Of a DNA stretch of 64,000 nt, positions 17,800 through 27,161 are shown piece after piece (within the stretch, counting starts at the first letter, position 1; the number at the start of each line of letters is the position of its first letter). Below the pieces are notes generated by a model that saw only the letters and a program-made list of their open reading frames with translations, ran no database searches and had not been told where the DNA came from. The DNA is from Acidimicrobiaceae bacterium. Lineage in GTDB: Bacteria; Actinomycetota; Acidimicrobiia; Acidimicrobiales; RAAP-2. The position numbers and the translations under genes are program-made. The DNA lies in assembly GCA_003160635.1 (NCBI GenBank), contig PMLV01000229.1, forward strand, positions 3,214 through 67,213, read 5' to 3'.

Positions 17800-17822
17800 G
17801 AGGACGAGGGGGATCTGACGAC

Positions 17823-18899
17823 ATGGCAAAGCTGACGCCGGAGGAAGAGGCGGCCGCGGCCGCACGCACGGCGGGCCTGGTGGACGAGCGGCGGCTCGGT
17901 GCGTGGATGGACGAGCGCGGCCTGCCGGGCCAGGGAGAGCCTGTCTCGGTCTCCTTCATCAGCGGGGGCGCGTCGAACGAGATCTTCCGCATCACGCGGG
18001 GTGAGTTCGTGTCCGTGCTGCGTCGCCCCCCGCGCGTGGTCCCCAAGGGGCGGAACGAGACCATGTTGCGCGAGTACCGGGTGCTCGAGGCACTGAACGG
18101 CACCGATGTGCCCCACCCCGAGGCCTATGCCGCCTGCGACGACGAGAGCGTGATCGGGTCGAGCTTCTATCTCATGAGCGTGGTCGACGGCTGGTCGCCC
18201 ATGAACACCGACGGATGGCCCGCCCCCTTCGACACCGACCTCGAGGCTCGCTACGGGCTCGGGATCCAGCTCATCGACGGGCCGGCCCGACTGGCCCGCG
18301 TGGACTGGAAGGCACGGGGTCTCGAGGGCTTCGGCAAGCCGGAGGGGTTCCACGATCGTCAGGTCGACCGCTGGATGGCCCATCTCAACGCCATCGCGTT
18401 CCGCGAGCTCCCCGGGCTCGACGTGGCTTCTGACTGGCTGCGGCGCCACAAGCCCACGCACTGGGAGCCCGGCATCATCCACGGGGACTACCAATTCGCC
18501 AACGCCATGTTCGACCATGGCGCCCCCGCCACGCTGGCCGCCATGGTCGACTGGGAGATGTCGACCGTCGGTGATCCTCTCCTCGACCTCGGGTGGGTGA
18601 TGAACGGCTGGACCGATCCGGGTGAAGAGCGCACCTCGGGCTACGTCGACGCCACCGGGCTCCCCAGCCGGGACGAGATGCTCGAGCACTACGCCACGGT
18701 GAGCGGGCGCTCGGTCGACGAGATCGACTACTACGTGATCCTGGCCAGGTTCAAGCTGGCGATCGTGCTCGAGGCCGGCTATGCCCGCGTGGTGGCCGGG
18801 ACGGCCGACAACCCCGGCATGGCCGCCTACGAACACGTGGTGCTCGACAACATGCGCGCCGCAGCCGAACTGGCAGCGACGACGAAGCTCGGACAGTAG
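17823..18899 (+). CDS. phosphotransferase (APH/choline-kinase-like) family protein
   Basis: Brenner/catalytic loop IIHGDYQFANAMF and DWEMSTVGDPLLDLG. GAGGGGGA RBS. This family is commonly found next to acyl-CoA dehydrogenase-type genes in actinobacteria. Confidence 0.8.
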   Translation: MAKLTPEEEAAAAARTAGLVDERRLGAWMDERGLPGQGEPVSVSFISGGASNEIFRITRGEFVSVLRRPPRVVPKGRNETMLREYRVLEALNGTDVPHPEAYAACDDESVIGSSFYLMSVVDGWSPMNTDGWPAPFDTDLEARYGLGIQLIDGPARLARVDWKARGLEGFGKPEGFHDRQVDRWMAHLNAIAFRELPGLDVASDWLRRHKPTHWEPGIIHGDYQFANAMFDHGAPATLAAMVDWEMSTVGDPLLDLGWVMNGWTDPGEERTSGYVDATGLPSRDEMLEHYATVSGRSVDEIDYYVILARFKLAIVLEAGYARVVAGTADNPGMAAYEHVVLDNMRAAAELAATTKLGQ

Positions 18900-18908
18900 G
18901 GGGTCGCC

Positions 18909-19778
18909 GTGAAGATCGGAATCTCGCTCGGGCAGCTCAATCCCAGCCTGTGGGCCGAGGCGACCCGGGAGGCCGACCGCCTCGGGTACGAATCGGTATG
19001 GATGCCCGAGCATCTGGTCATTCCCGTGGCGATGACGGGAAGTCCCCACGAGGGAGCCGAGCACCCACCGATACCGTCCAACGTGCCGGTCTTCGACGTG
19101 TTCTCGTACCTCGGTTTCCTGGCCGGGCAGACCGAGCAGATCCACTTCGGGACGCAGGTCTACAACATCGGGTTACGCCACCCGTTCGTGGTGGCACGCG
19201 CCGTGACCACACTCGACGTCGTCTCCGGGGGCCGGGTGGAGTTCGGCATCGGCGCCAGTTGGCTCGAGGCGGAGTGGGAGGCGGTGGGCCTCGACTTCAG
19301 CACGCGCGGGCGCCGGGTGGACGAGACGATCGAGGTATGCCAACGCCTGTGGAGCGAGGAGGTCGTCGAGCACCACGGCGAGTTCTTCGACTTCGGGCCG
19401 GTGATGTTCGAGCCCAAGCCGACCCACGCCCCGTGGCCTTCCCTCCACATCGGCGGCGACGGCCCGGCGGCGATGCGGCGTGCGGCCACCGTCGGCGACG
19501 GGTGGATCCCCATGAACCACTCCCTCGAGGAGATCCCCGCCGAGGCCAGGAGGATCGCCCAGCTCCGCCAGGACGCCGGGAAGACCGATCCCCTCGAGAT
19601 CACCCTCGGCGGGGGCGCCGAGCTCGACGACCTCCGCCACCGCGCCGATCAGGGCGTGGGACGGGCCCTCGTCAAGCCCTGGCGGTCGAGCAAGGACGCG
19701 CTCGAGGGCATGCGCCGTTTCGCCGACGAGGTGCTCCCCGTCATCAGCGAGTACCCGGTCACGCATCCGACCCCCTGA
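18909..19778 (+). CDS. LLM class F420-dependent oxidoreductase
   Basis: GTG start. MKIGISLGQL..GYESVWMPEHL..GGRVEFGIGASW is the typical luciferase-like TIM-barrel pattern. Confidence 0.8.
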   Translation: MKIGISLGQLNPSLWAEATREADRLGYESVWMPEHLVIPVAMTGSPHEGAEHPPIPSNVPVFDVFSYLGFLAGQTEQIHFGTQVYNIGLRHPFVVARAVTTLDVVSGGRVEFGIGASWLEAEWEAVGLDFSTRGRRVDETIEVCQRLWSEEVVEHHGEFFDFGPVMFEPKPTHAPWPSLHIGGDGPAAMRRAATVGDGWIPMNHSLEEIPAEARRIAQLRQDAGKTDPLEITLGGGAELDDLRHRADQGVGRALVKPWRSSKDALEGMRRFADEVLPVISEYPVTHPTP

Positions 19779-19796
19779 ACGGGGCCGGTCGGGCGG

Positions 19797-20216
19797 TTAC
19801 CGGGGCGGGGCACCCACCCGGCGCCGGGCGAAGTACCAACGTCCACGTTCGTAGATGACGTCGTCGTGCATCGGCACCACCTGGCCCAGGGTCAGCTGAC
19901 CCGGGTCATCGCCGGCGGTGACCACGACGGTCCGGCATTCCTGTGTCCCGTGCACGCCGTCGACCCGCACGACGGAGTCGGCCAGGAGCACGCGGGCCGG
20001 CCGGGCGGCGGCGGCGAACCACCGCGCCAGTGCGGGATGACCGGCTATGGGCTCGTGGCCCGGCAGCTCGAGGACGCCTTCGACGACGAACGTCCCCAAC
20101 CACGTCGCCTCGTCTCCCTGCTCGAGGGCGAGGTGCTGGCGAATCGTCAGGTCCTGCACTGCGGCGCGCCCCGCCAACGACTGCAGGGTGCGCTCGTCCT
20201 CGTACGACAACGTCAT
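19797..20216 (-). CDS. nuclear transport factor 2 (SnoaL_4-like) family protein
   Basis: 139 aa, ending ..VIYERGRWYFARRRV, which is typical of SnoaL_4-type NTF2 folds. Confidence 0.55.
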   Translation of the reverse strand: MTLSYEDERTLQSLAGRAAVQDLTIRQHLALEQGDEATWLGTFVVEGVLELPGHEPIAGHPALARWFAAAARPARVLLADSVVRVDGVHGTQECRTVVVTAGDDPGQLTLGQVVPMHDDVIYERGRWYFARRRVGAPPR

Positions 20217-20274
20217 CGGTTACCGGCTCCTCTCGATCTCATGCGGCTCTGGTGGGTGCTGGCGATGCCTCAGG

Positions 20275-20670
20275 TCAGTCCGGCATCTTGCCCATGGCAT
20301 CGCGGCCCCCCACGGGAGCCTCTCCACCGGGCTGCTGCAGATAGAGGTGCATCCCTTTGATCAGGCCGTCGTCGTCCAGGCGGAAGATGATCGCCTCGGG
20401 CAGGTCCTTCATCACCCCGTCCACCTCGAGGTGCTCGATGAGCTCGGCGATGACCGTGTCGCCGGCGTACGCAATGTGCACGGGCTTGAGCTCATAGCCC
20501 TCCTTGAGCGTCGGCACCACCCGGCGCAGGAAGTCGATGTAGCCCTGGCTCGAGTCGATCAGGTCCCCGTACGGCCCGATGCGCTCGAACCCCGAGGGGG
20601 AGAAGACGGCCCCCAGTCGGTCCCAGTCACGTGCGGCGTAGAACGCCACGAAGTCCTCAACTGCGGGCAT
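20275..20670 (-). CDS. NTF2/SnoaL-like small alpha+beta protein (paralog of 830..1225)
   Basis: MPAVEDFVAFYAARDWDRLGAVF..FERIGPYGDLIDS..YIDFLRRVVPTL aligns by eye with ..VDEYLRTFAARDWEGFAAIL..LRRVGPFMDVIET..YVEFLRHLMPTL. Confidence 0.6.
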   Translation of the reverse strand: MPAVEDFVAFYAARDWDRLGAVFSPSGFERIGPYGDLIDSSQGYIDFLRRVVPTLKEGYELKPVHIAYAGDTVIAELIEHLEVDGVMKDLPEAIIFRLDDDGLIKGMHLYLQQPGGEAPVGGRDAMGKMPD

Positions 20671-20685
20671 GTGTCACTCCCTCTC

Positions 20686-22263
20686 TCATCGTTGTCCGAA
20701 GCGTTCACGCAGGACCGGCTTGAGCACCTTGCCGGCGGAGTTCAGTGGGAACTGGTCGATGACCACGACCGACGTCGGCTTCTTGTACGACGCCAACCGT
20801 TCCTTGCACCAGGCGATGAGCGCCGCCTCCGCCGGTGGATCATCGGGATCCAGCGGCACGATCACCGCGCGGGGCGTCTCGCCCCACTTGGGGTCCGGAA
20901 GGCCGATGAGGGCCGCGTCGACCACTCCGGGATGGGCGCGCAACACCGCTTCGACCTCGGGGCAGTAGATGTTCTCACCACCGGAGATGATCATGTCGGT
21001 CTTGCGGTCGACGACGTAGAGGTATCCCTCGTCGTCCATGCGGCAGAGGTCACCGGAATGGAACCAGCCGTCGGCGAAGGCCCGCTCGTTGGCCTCGGGC
21101 ATGCGCCAGTAGCCCTGCATCACGGTCGGTCCGCGGTAGACGATCTCCCCCACCTCGCCCACCGCCACGTCGTTCCCGTCCTCGTCGACGACGCGTGCCT
21201 CCACGTTCATGATCGGCCGTCCGACCGAGCCGCGTTTGCGCTCCGAGTCCACCGCGTGCAGGACGCACGTGACGGGGCTCATCTCCGTCTGGCCGAAGAA
21301 ACTGAAGACGGGCACGCCCGGCAGCGCCCGCGCCATCTTCTTCAACACCTCCACCGGCGTGTTGGCCGCACCCCACGAGGCGCGGCGCAAGGACAGGCGG
21401 GCGCCGCTCGCCATGACCTCGTCGCAGATCTCATCCCACTGCATGCCGACGTAGACGCAACCCGTGACACGCAAACGCGCCATCTCCTCGACGGCCTGGC
21501 GGCTGTCGAAATTCCCGCTCGGCACGATGATGGCGCAACCGCCCCCGATCACGTACGGCAGGATTCCCGTCAAGCCTCCGATGTGGAACAACGGGAGGTT
21601 GCCGTACCAGACGTCGTCGTATCCCACGATGCCCTGCGACACCATTGCGTTGAGCGTGCTCATGAGTAGGTTGAAGTGGCTGAGCACCGCGCCCTTGGGG
21701 CGGCCCGTGGTGCCCGAGGTGTACATGATCAAGGCCGGATCCTGCTCGTCGACGGCGACGGTCACCGGCGTGTCGTCGGCCTCCCCGAACAGGTCGCGGA
21801 GGCGCTCCGCGCCCGGTCCCGCCGCGGCGGCGTCCCCGAGCACGGCCACGGCGCGCACGTCGGGCAACGTGTCACGGACGGCGCCGACCAGCGGGTACAG
21901 GCCCTCGTCGACCACGATCACCGACGCGCCGCAGTCCCGCAGGATGAACCCCACCTCGTCCGCCACCAGGCGGAAGTTGACAGGCACCACGATGGCGCCC
22001 ACCCGCCACCCGGCGAACATCGCCTCGATCATCTCGATGCTGTTCTTCATCAGCAGCGCCAGACGGTCGCCGTGGCGCAGTCCCCGGGCCATGAGCGCGT
22101 GGGCCAGAGACGTCACGCGCCGATCGACCTCTCCGAAGGTCCGGCTCTCGCCGTTGCAGATGTACGCCGTGCGCGCCGGGTACTTCCGGGCAATGCGGCT
22201 GAGCTGTTCGCCGTGGTCCATGCCACGGGTGCCCGCGATGGAGGTGACGGCGAGGGCAGTCAT
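20686..22263 (-). CDS. acyl-CoA synthetase (AMP-forming, ANL superfamily)
   Basis: YTSGTTGRPKG AMP-binding motif and a C-terminal ..SYKKPTSV..GKVLK. The track start 22392 would overlap the upstream gene by ~100 nt. ATG 22263 or 22221 is more likely; the start is uncertain. Confidence 0.85.
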   Translation of the reverse strand: MTALAVTSIAGTRGMDHGEQLSRIARKYPARTAYICNGESRTFGEVDRRVTSLAHALMARGLRHGDRLALLMKNSIEMIEAMFAGWRVGAIVVPVNFRLVADEVGFILRDCGASVIVVDEGLYPLVGAVRDTLPDVRAVAVLGDAAAAGPGAERLRDLFGEADDTPVTVAVDEQDPALIMYTSGTTGRPKGAVLSHFNLLMSTLNAMVSQGIVGYDDVWYGNLPLFHIGGLTGILPYVIGGGCAIIVPSGNFDSRQAVEEMARLRVTGCVYVGMQWDEICDEVMASGARLSLRRASWGAANTPVEVLKKMARALPGVPVFSFFGQTEMSPVTCVLHAVDSERKRGSVGRPIMNVEARVVDEDGNDVAVGEVGEIVYRGPTVMQGYWRMPEANERAFADGWFHSGDLCRMDDEGYLYVVDRKTDMIISGGENIYCPEVEAVLRAHPGVVDAALIGLPDPKWGETPRAVIVPLDPDDPPAEAALIAWCKERLASYKKPTSVVVIDQFPLNSAGKVLKPVLRERFGQR

Positions 22264-22294
22264 CACGCGGTGCGGGGCCGGCAACGCGGGCTGG

Positions 22295-23941
22295 TCATCG
22301 GCGGACGGTGTACCCGGTCGACTCGCGGTCCCACGCCGAGGCGGGAATGCCGCGGGCGCGCAGCTCATGCTTGAGGATCCTCCCGACGGCATTCTTCGGC
22401 AGCTCGGAGGTGACCTCGACGTAGCGGGGAACGGCGAAGTACGGGAGGTTCGCGCAGCAAAAGTCCATGAACGCCTCCATGTCGATGGGCTCGACCGATC
22501 CGGCGACCAGGTAGACCATCACCTCGTCCTCTCCGAGCTCGCTGGGCACGCCCACCGCCGCCACCTCGGCCACCGCCGGATGGCGCAGGAGGGCCTGCTC
22601 CACCTCGAACGACGAGATGTTCTCCCCCCGCCGGCGCATGGCGTCCTTCTTGCGGTCGGCGAAGTAGAGGAATCCATCCTCGTCGAACCGGCCCATGTCC
22701 CCGGTGTGGAACCACAGGTTGCGAAACTGCTCCACCGTCTCGCGGTCGCGACCGTCGTACCCCTCGAACATCACGTGCGAGCGGCGGGGACGGCAGACGA
22801 TCTCGCCCACCTCGCCCACCGGGACCGGGCGGTCCTCGGGGTCGAAGAGCATGACGTCGAAGTTGGGGTTGGGGCGCCCCGACGCGCCGACCCGGTTGGC
22901 GGCGTCGACGCCGGCGACCGCCAGCGGGAAGGCCTCACTCATGCCGTAACAGGTGACGATGCGACACTGCCATCGCTCCTCCATGGCCTCGAAGCTCTCC
23001 AAGGGCACCGGGGCGGCGGAGATGAAGCGGAGCGGGACGTCCTTGTCGCGCTCGTCGGGCGGGAGGTTCCACAGCATGCTCAACATGGCCCCGGCCAGCG
23101 CGATGCCCGAGGCCTCGTAGCGCCGGACGCGATCCCAGGTGGCCGAGACGCTGAAGGTCGAGTCCAGGATTCCCGTGCCCCCGGCCAGCATCGGCCCGAG
23201 CACCGTGCCCACGGCGCTGAGATGGAAGAGCGGGAGCGGGCCGTGGACCACCTCACCACTTTGGAGCCGCCAGAGGTCCACCATGCTCTGCGCCGCCGCC
23301 AGCAGGTAGTGCTGCGTGGCCAGCACACCTTTGGAGCGGCCCGTCGTCCCCGAGGTCGAGAAGATGGCCCCCACCGGGAACGGTGGCAGGTCGGGGGTCG
23401 CTTCGAGCAGCGACGTACTCCCTTCGAGCAGCTGTTCGATGGCGTGCACCTGGACGTGCGGAGGCGGTGTGCCGCCTCCGTCCTCGGCCGCGGCCTTGCC
23501 GTCCTCCCGCAGCAGCACGGTGCGGAGGGTCGGGACCTCGCCGGCGATGGAGAACACCCGGTCGGCGAGCGACCGGTCCACGGCGATCATCTTGGTGCTG
23601 CTGTCACGCAGTTGGTTGGCCAGGAATTCGCCGCGGTAGGCCGTGTTGATCGGCACGGCGACGGCACCGAGCCGGCAGAGCCCGAACCACAATGTCACCC
23701 ACTCGGGCGAGGTGCCCATGAAGAGGGCGACGCGGTCGCCGGGCTCGATGCCCAGGCCGACCAGCACGTTGGCGGCCGAGAGCGAGCGCTCCTGGAGCGC
23801 CCGGTACGACAGGGGGACGTCGTCGATGACGAGCAGGGACTGATCGGGGCGCTCGGCCACCTGCGCGTCGAGGATGCCCGGGATCGTCAGGCCCCCGCCC
23901 GGGGTCGGCTCCCACAACGAAGCGGGAGATCCTCCGGTCAC
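22295..23941 (-). CDS. acyl-CoA synthetase (AMP-forming, ANL superfamily)
   Basis: STSGTTGRSKG, HTGDMGRFDEDGFLYFADRKKD and C-terminal PRYVEV. GTG 23941 overlaps the Rieske gene stop as GTGA and follows GGGGAG. The track start 24076 lies inside the Rieske gene. Confidence 0.85.
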   Translation of the reverse strand: MTGGSPASLWEPTPGGGLTIPGILDAQVAERPDQSLLVIDDVPLSYRALQERSLSAANVLVGLGIEPGDRVALFMGTSPEWVTLWFGLCRLGAVAVPINTAYRGEFLANQLRDSSTKMIAVDRSLADRVFSIAGEVPTLRTVLLREDGKAAAEDGGGTPPPHVQVHAIEQLLEGSTSLLEATPDLPPFPVGAIFSTSGTTGRSKGVLATQHYLLAAAQSMVDLWRLQSGEVVHGPLPLFHLSAVGTVLGPMLAGGTGILDSTFSVSATWDRVRRYEASGIALAGAMLSMLWNLPPDERDKDVPLRFISAAPVPLESFEAMEERWQCRIVTCYGMSEAFPLAVAGVDAANRVGASGRPNPNFDVMLFDPEDRPVPVGEVGEIVCRPRRSHVMFEGYDGRDRETVEQFRNLWFHTGDMGRFDEDGFLYFADRKKDAMRRRGENISSFEVEQALLRHPAVAEVAAVGVPSELGEDEVMVYLVAGSVEPIDMEAFMDFCCANLPYFAVPRYVEVTSELPKNAVGRILKHELRARGIPASAWDRESTGYTVRR

Positions 23942-24996
23942 TTGCTCCCCGAGGGGACGGTCTCCGCGAACGTGTCCTCCGGATAGAAGCGACGGCACCA
24001 ACGCCGCAGCGAGGCGTAGTTCTTCGCCTCCTCGACGGCGAAGGAGGGCTTCTCGAGGTACTGCATGTTCTCCCACGTGAAGAAGTCCTGCTTGATGATC
24101 TCTTGCTGCAACTCGATCCAGCGGGCGGCCCGGCCCGTCGGGACGTCACCGGTGTCACCCTCCTCGCGCACGCAGGCCATGGTGAACCAGTAGTCGGTAT
24201 ACTCCTCGTCGACCGGGGTGTGGCCGGTGATCTGGACCGAAGCGAGGACGTTCTCGGGGAAGCGCACGAACCCGATCCCCAACCCGAAGGTGTCGTAGAC
24301 GACCTGACCGTCCACGGGACCGTTCGGGGTCAACCAGGTGGTGGGTCGCCCCCCGCCGTAGTTCACATCGACGGTGGCGTGCAGGTGATAGTCGTGGAGC
24401 TCGAAGGACGTCGTCTCGGCCGGCCGGTCGCCGTGGTGCACGGGGGCGATGTGATACGGGTCGGCGGCGTTCTCCACGATCATCTGCGGGTGGACCTTCA
24501 CCCGGTTGAGCATGCGGGAGTGCGGGTGAAGGGGGTAGTAGTCACCGGTCTCGAGCTCGGGCACCTCGGGCAGGCCCCAGGTCGGCTCCGCAGCGTCGCG
24601 GTCGAACCACATGACGACCATGCCGCACCACTCGACGACGGGATATGTCCGGATGCGGACCGACTTCTTGCAGCCCTCCTTCGAATACGGGATCAGCGAG
24701 TTGGTCCCGTCCGCCCGCCACTGCCAGGCGTGCCATGGGCACTTGACCTCGTCGCCCACCACGCTCCCACCGACGCCGATGTGCCCGCCGAGGTGCTGGC
24801 AGTACGCGTTCATCACGGCCACCGTGCCCGACTCGCCCCGGAAGCAGATCAGCTCCCGGCCGAAGTAGTGAAGGGTCTTCAGTGTTCCCGGGAGGACGTC
24901 GGACGAGTTCGCCACGATGTACCAGCCCGTCGGGTAGCGGTACGTCGAGACGGAAAGAGGAGTTTCCGATTCGGCCACGTCGTTCGTAACAGTCAT
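23938..24996 (-). CDS. Rieske [2Fe-2S] non-heme iron oxygenase, KshA-like alpha subunit
   Basis: Rieske ligands CQHLGGH..x17..CPWHAW and a mononuclear iron motif NAADPYHIAPVHH (DxxHxxxxH). ATG 24996 has a GGAG RBS; the track start is 25008. Confidence 0.85.
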   Translation of the reverse strand: MTVTNDVAESETPLSVSTYRYPTGWYIVANSSDVLPGTLKTLHYFGRELICFRGESGTVAVMNAYCQHLGGHIGVGGSVVGDEVKCPWHAWQWRADGTNSLIPYSKEGCKKSVRIRTYPVVEWCGMVVMWFDRDAAEPTWGLPEVPELETGDYYPLHPHSRMLNRVKVHPQMIVENAADPYHIAPVHHGDRPAETTSFELHDYHLHATVDVNYGGGRPTTWLTPNGPVDGQVVYDTFGLGIGFVRFPENVLASVQITGHTPVDEEYTDYWFTMACVREEGDTGDVPTGRAARWIELQQEIIKQDFFTWENMQYLEKPSFAVEEAKNYASLRRWCRRFYPEDTFAETVPSGSK

Positions 24997-25093
24997 CACG
25001 GACTCCATTCGCTAGACGGCAGGCGGTCAGGATTCCAGGCTGCCGGCGCAGACCGGAACGGGTGCGGCAACTGTAGGCGGATAGATTGCAACA

Positions 25094-26281
25094 TTAGGTC
25101 AAGGTCGCGGCGACGGGCTCCGGCCGAGGCTCACGGGGGAGCCCGAGGGCCCGCTCCCCCAGGATGTTGCGCTGGATCTCGTCCGTCCCGCTGGCGATGC
25201 GCACCGACGGCGCGGTCAGGAGGTGGTACTGCCACCGGCCGGCGAGACCGATCTGCGACCGCGCCGTCAACAGCTCGGGGCCGAGGAGCGACGATGCCAC
25301 CGTGGCGGACCGGCGCAGGTGGTCGGCGAAGAACAGGTTGACGATGGAGGCCAACGCGCCGACCGGCTCGGCGCGGCCGAGGCGGCTCTGCACCCGCAGG
25401 TTCAGGTAACGGAGTATCTCCTGGCCGACGAACGTGGCGGCGATGTGCTGGCGGGTGAGCGGATCGGCGGCCAGGCCCCGGTTGCGGGCGATCTCGATCA
25501 GCTCGGGCACGCCCGGCCACTCGTCGCCCGCCAACCCCCGCTCGCTGCCGAGCATGGTGTTGGCCACCGTCCACCCGCCGTCGACCTCGCCGATGACCGC
25601 GTCGTCGGGCAGGGCGACGTCGGTCAGGAAGACCTGGTTGAACTCCGCCGCGCCGTTCATCTGCCGGATCGGGTGGATCTCGATGCCCCGGGTGCGCATG
25701 TCCAGGGCGAAGCAGGTCAGACCGCGGTGCTTCGGTTGGGCGCGATCCGACCGGGCCAGGAGGATGGCGTAGTCGGCGAACCGGGCGTAGGACGTCCACA
25801 CCTTCTGCCCGTTGACGACCCAGCCGCCCGGACGGCGTCGCGCCTCGGTCGAGAGCCCGGCGAGGTCCGACCCTGCCCCGGGCTCGCTGAACATCTGGCA
25901 CCACACTTCCCGCCCCCGCAGCAAAGAGGGCAGGTGGCGTTCCTTCTGCTGGGCCGTGCCATGGACCATCAGCGTGGGACCGACCATGCCGATCCCCACG
26001 TCGAAGGCGGCACCGGAAACGCCGAAACGCGCCTGTTGGACGCGGAAAGCCAGGTCGAAGAGTGCCGTGCGCCCCAGGCCGCCGAACTCGGTGGGCCAGG
26101 AGATCCCGGCCCAGCCGGCGTCGAACAGCGTGGCCTGCCACCGCCGGCAGCCCTCGACGAAGGCGCGGTCACGTCCGATGGTGAAGTCGTCGACACTCCC
26201 CTTGCGGGGCGCATGCGCCTCCAGCCATGCCGCAGCCTGCGCCCGGAAGGCGACCACGTCCTCGGACTCGTGCAGGTCCAT
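25094..26281 (-). CDS. acyl-CoA dehydrogenase
   Basis: 395 aa. Motifs MFSEPGAGSDLAG, NGQKVWTS and C-terminal ASGTDEIQRNILGE. Confidence 0.85.
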   Translation of the reverse strand: MDLHESEDVVAFRAQAAAWLEAHAPRKGSVDDFTIGRDRAFVEGCRRWQATLFDAGWAGISWPTEFGGLGRTALFDLAFRVQQARFGVSGAAFDVGIGMVGPTLMVHGTAQQKERHLPSLLRGREVWCQMFSEPGAGSDLAGLSTEARRRPGGWVVNGQKVWTSYARFADYAILLARSDRAQPKHRGLTCFALDMRTRGIEIHPIRQMNGAAEFNQVFLTDVALPDDAVIGEVDGGWTVANTMLGSERGLAGDEWPGVPELIEIARNRGLAADPLTRQHIAATFVGQEILRYLNLRVQSRLGRAEPVGALASIVNLFFADHLRRSATVASSLLGPELLTARSQIGLAGRWQYHLLTAPSVRIASGTDEIQRNILGERALGLPREPRPEPVAATLT

Positions 26282-26301
26282 CCGCCCTGTGGCTCCCTTC
26301 G

Positions 26302-26331
26302 TTGGCCTTTCAACTTTCTAAAGCTTAGAGT
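26302..26331 (+). promoter_or_regulatory. candidate promoter TTGGCC-N18-TAGAGT with overlapping 13-bp palindrome TCTAAagcTTAGA (26317..26329)
   Basis: AT-rich patch in the 79-bp divergent ACAD/SDR intergenic region. The -10 fits the actinobacterial TANNNT. The palindrome has perfect 5-bp arms. Confidence 0.25.
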
Positions 26332-26360
26332 CACACTTTTCGTCGACCTGGGGGGTTGGG

Positions 26361-27137
26361 ATGCCGGATCTGAGCGGGAAGGTGGCGATCGTCACCGGGG
26401 CGGCGTCGGGGATCGGCAAGACCACCTCGGAGACACTGGCCCGGCACGGGGCCTCCGTGGTGGTGGCGGGCCACGCCAAAGCCGGGGCCGAGGAGGTGGC
26501 GGCCGGCATACGCGCCCAGGGGGGAACGGCCATCGCCGTCGGGGTCGATGTCACGGACGAAGAGCAGGTCATGGCCATGGTCGCGGCCGCCGTCTCCGAG
26601 TTCGGCGGTCTCGATGCGCTGCACAACAACGCGGCGGCAACGAAGATGGGAAGGGACCACGATGTCGTCAACGTCAGCACCGAGGTGTGGGACGAGACCA
26701 TGGCGGTCAACCTGCGCGGCCCCTTCTTCGGCTGCAAGTACGCCATCCCCGAGATGTTGAAGCGGGGAGGCGGGACGATCGTCAACACGTCCTCGGCCGC
26801 GGGGCTCAAGGCGGAGAGAATCCGTGTGGCGTACGGCGTCTCGAAGGCTGCGCTGCACGGGCTCACCCGCCATGTGGCCAACGCCTACGGGAAGCAGAAC
26901 ATCCGCTGCAACGCCATCGCGCTCGGCATGATCCTCACCGAGGCGGCCGAGCGAAACGTCAAACCCGACATGCTGGCCTACCTCGAGGAGCACAACGCCC
27001 TGGCGCGCCTCGGCAGGACGAACGACGTGGCCGAGGTGGTGGCGTTCCTCTTCTCGGACGAGGCTTCCTTCATCACCGGTGAAGTCATCGCCGTCGACGG
27101 GGGGTTCACGTCCCATCTCCCGGCGCTGGTGGACTAG
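26361..27137 (+). CDS. SDR family oxidoreductase
   Basis: GKVAIVTGAASGIG, NNAA and YGVSKAA motifs. 258 aa. Confidence 0.85.
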   Translation: MPDLSGKVAIVTGAASGIGKTTSETLARHGASVVVAGHAKAGAEEVAAGIRAQGGTAIAVGVDVTDEEQVMAMVAAAVSEFGGLDALHNNAAATKMGRDHDVVNVSTEVWDETMAVNLRGPFFGCKYAIPEMLKRGGGTIVNTSSAAGLKAERIRVAYGVSKAALHGLTRHVANAYGKQNIRCNAIALGMILTEAAERNVKPDMLAYLEEHNALARLGRTNDVAEVVAFLFSDEASFITGEVIAVDGGFTSHLPALVD

Positions 27138-27161
27138 CGCGCCTCGCGCGACGACCCCGCG

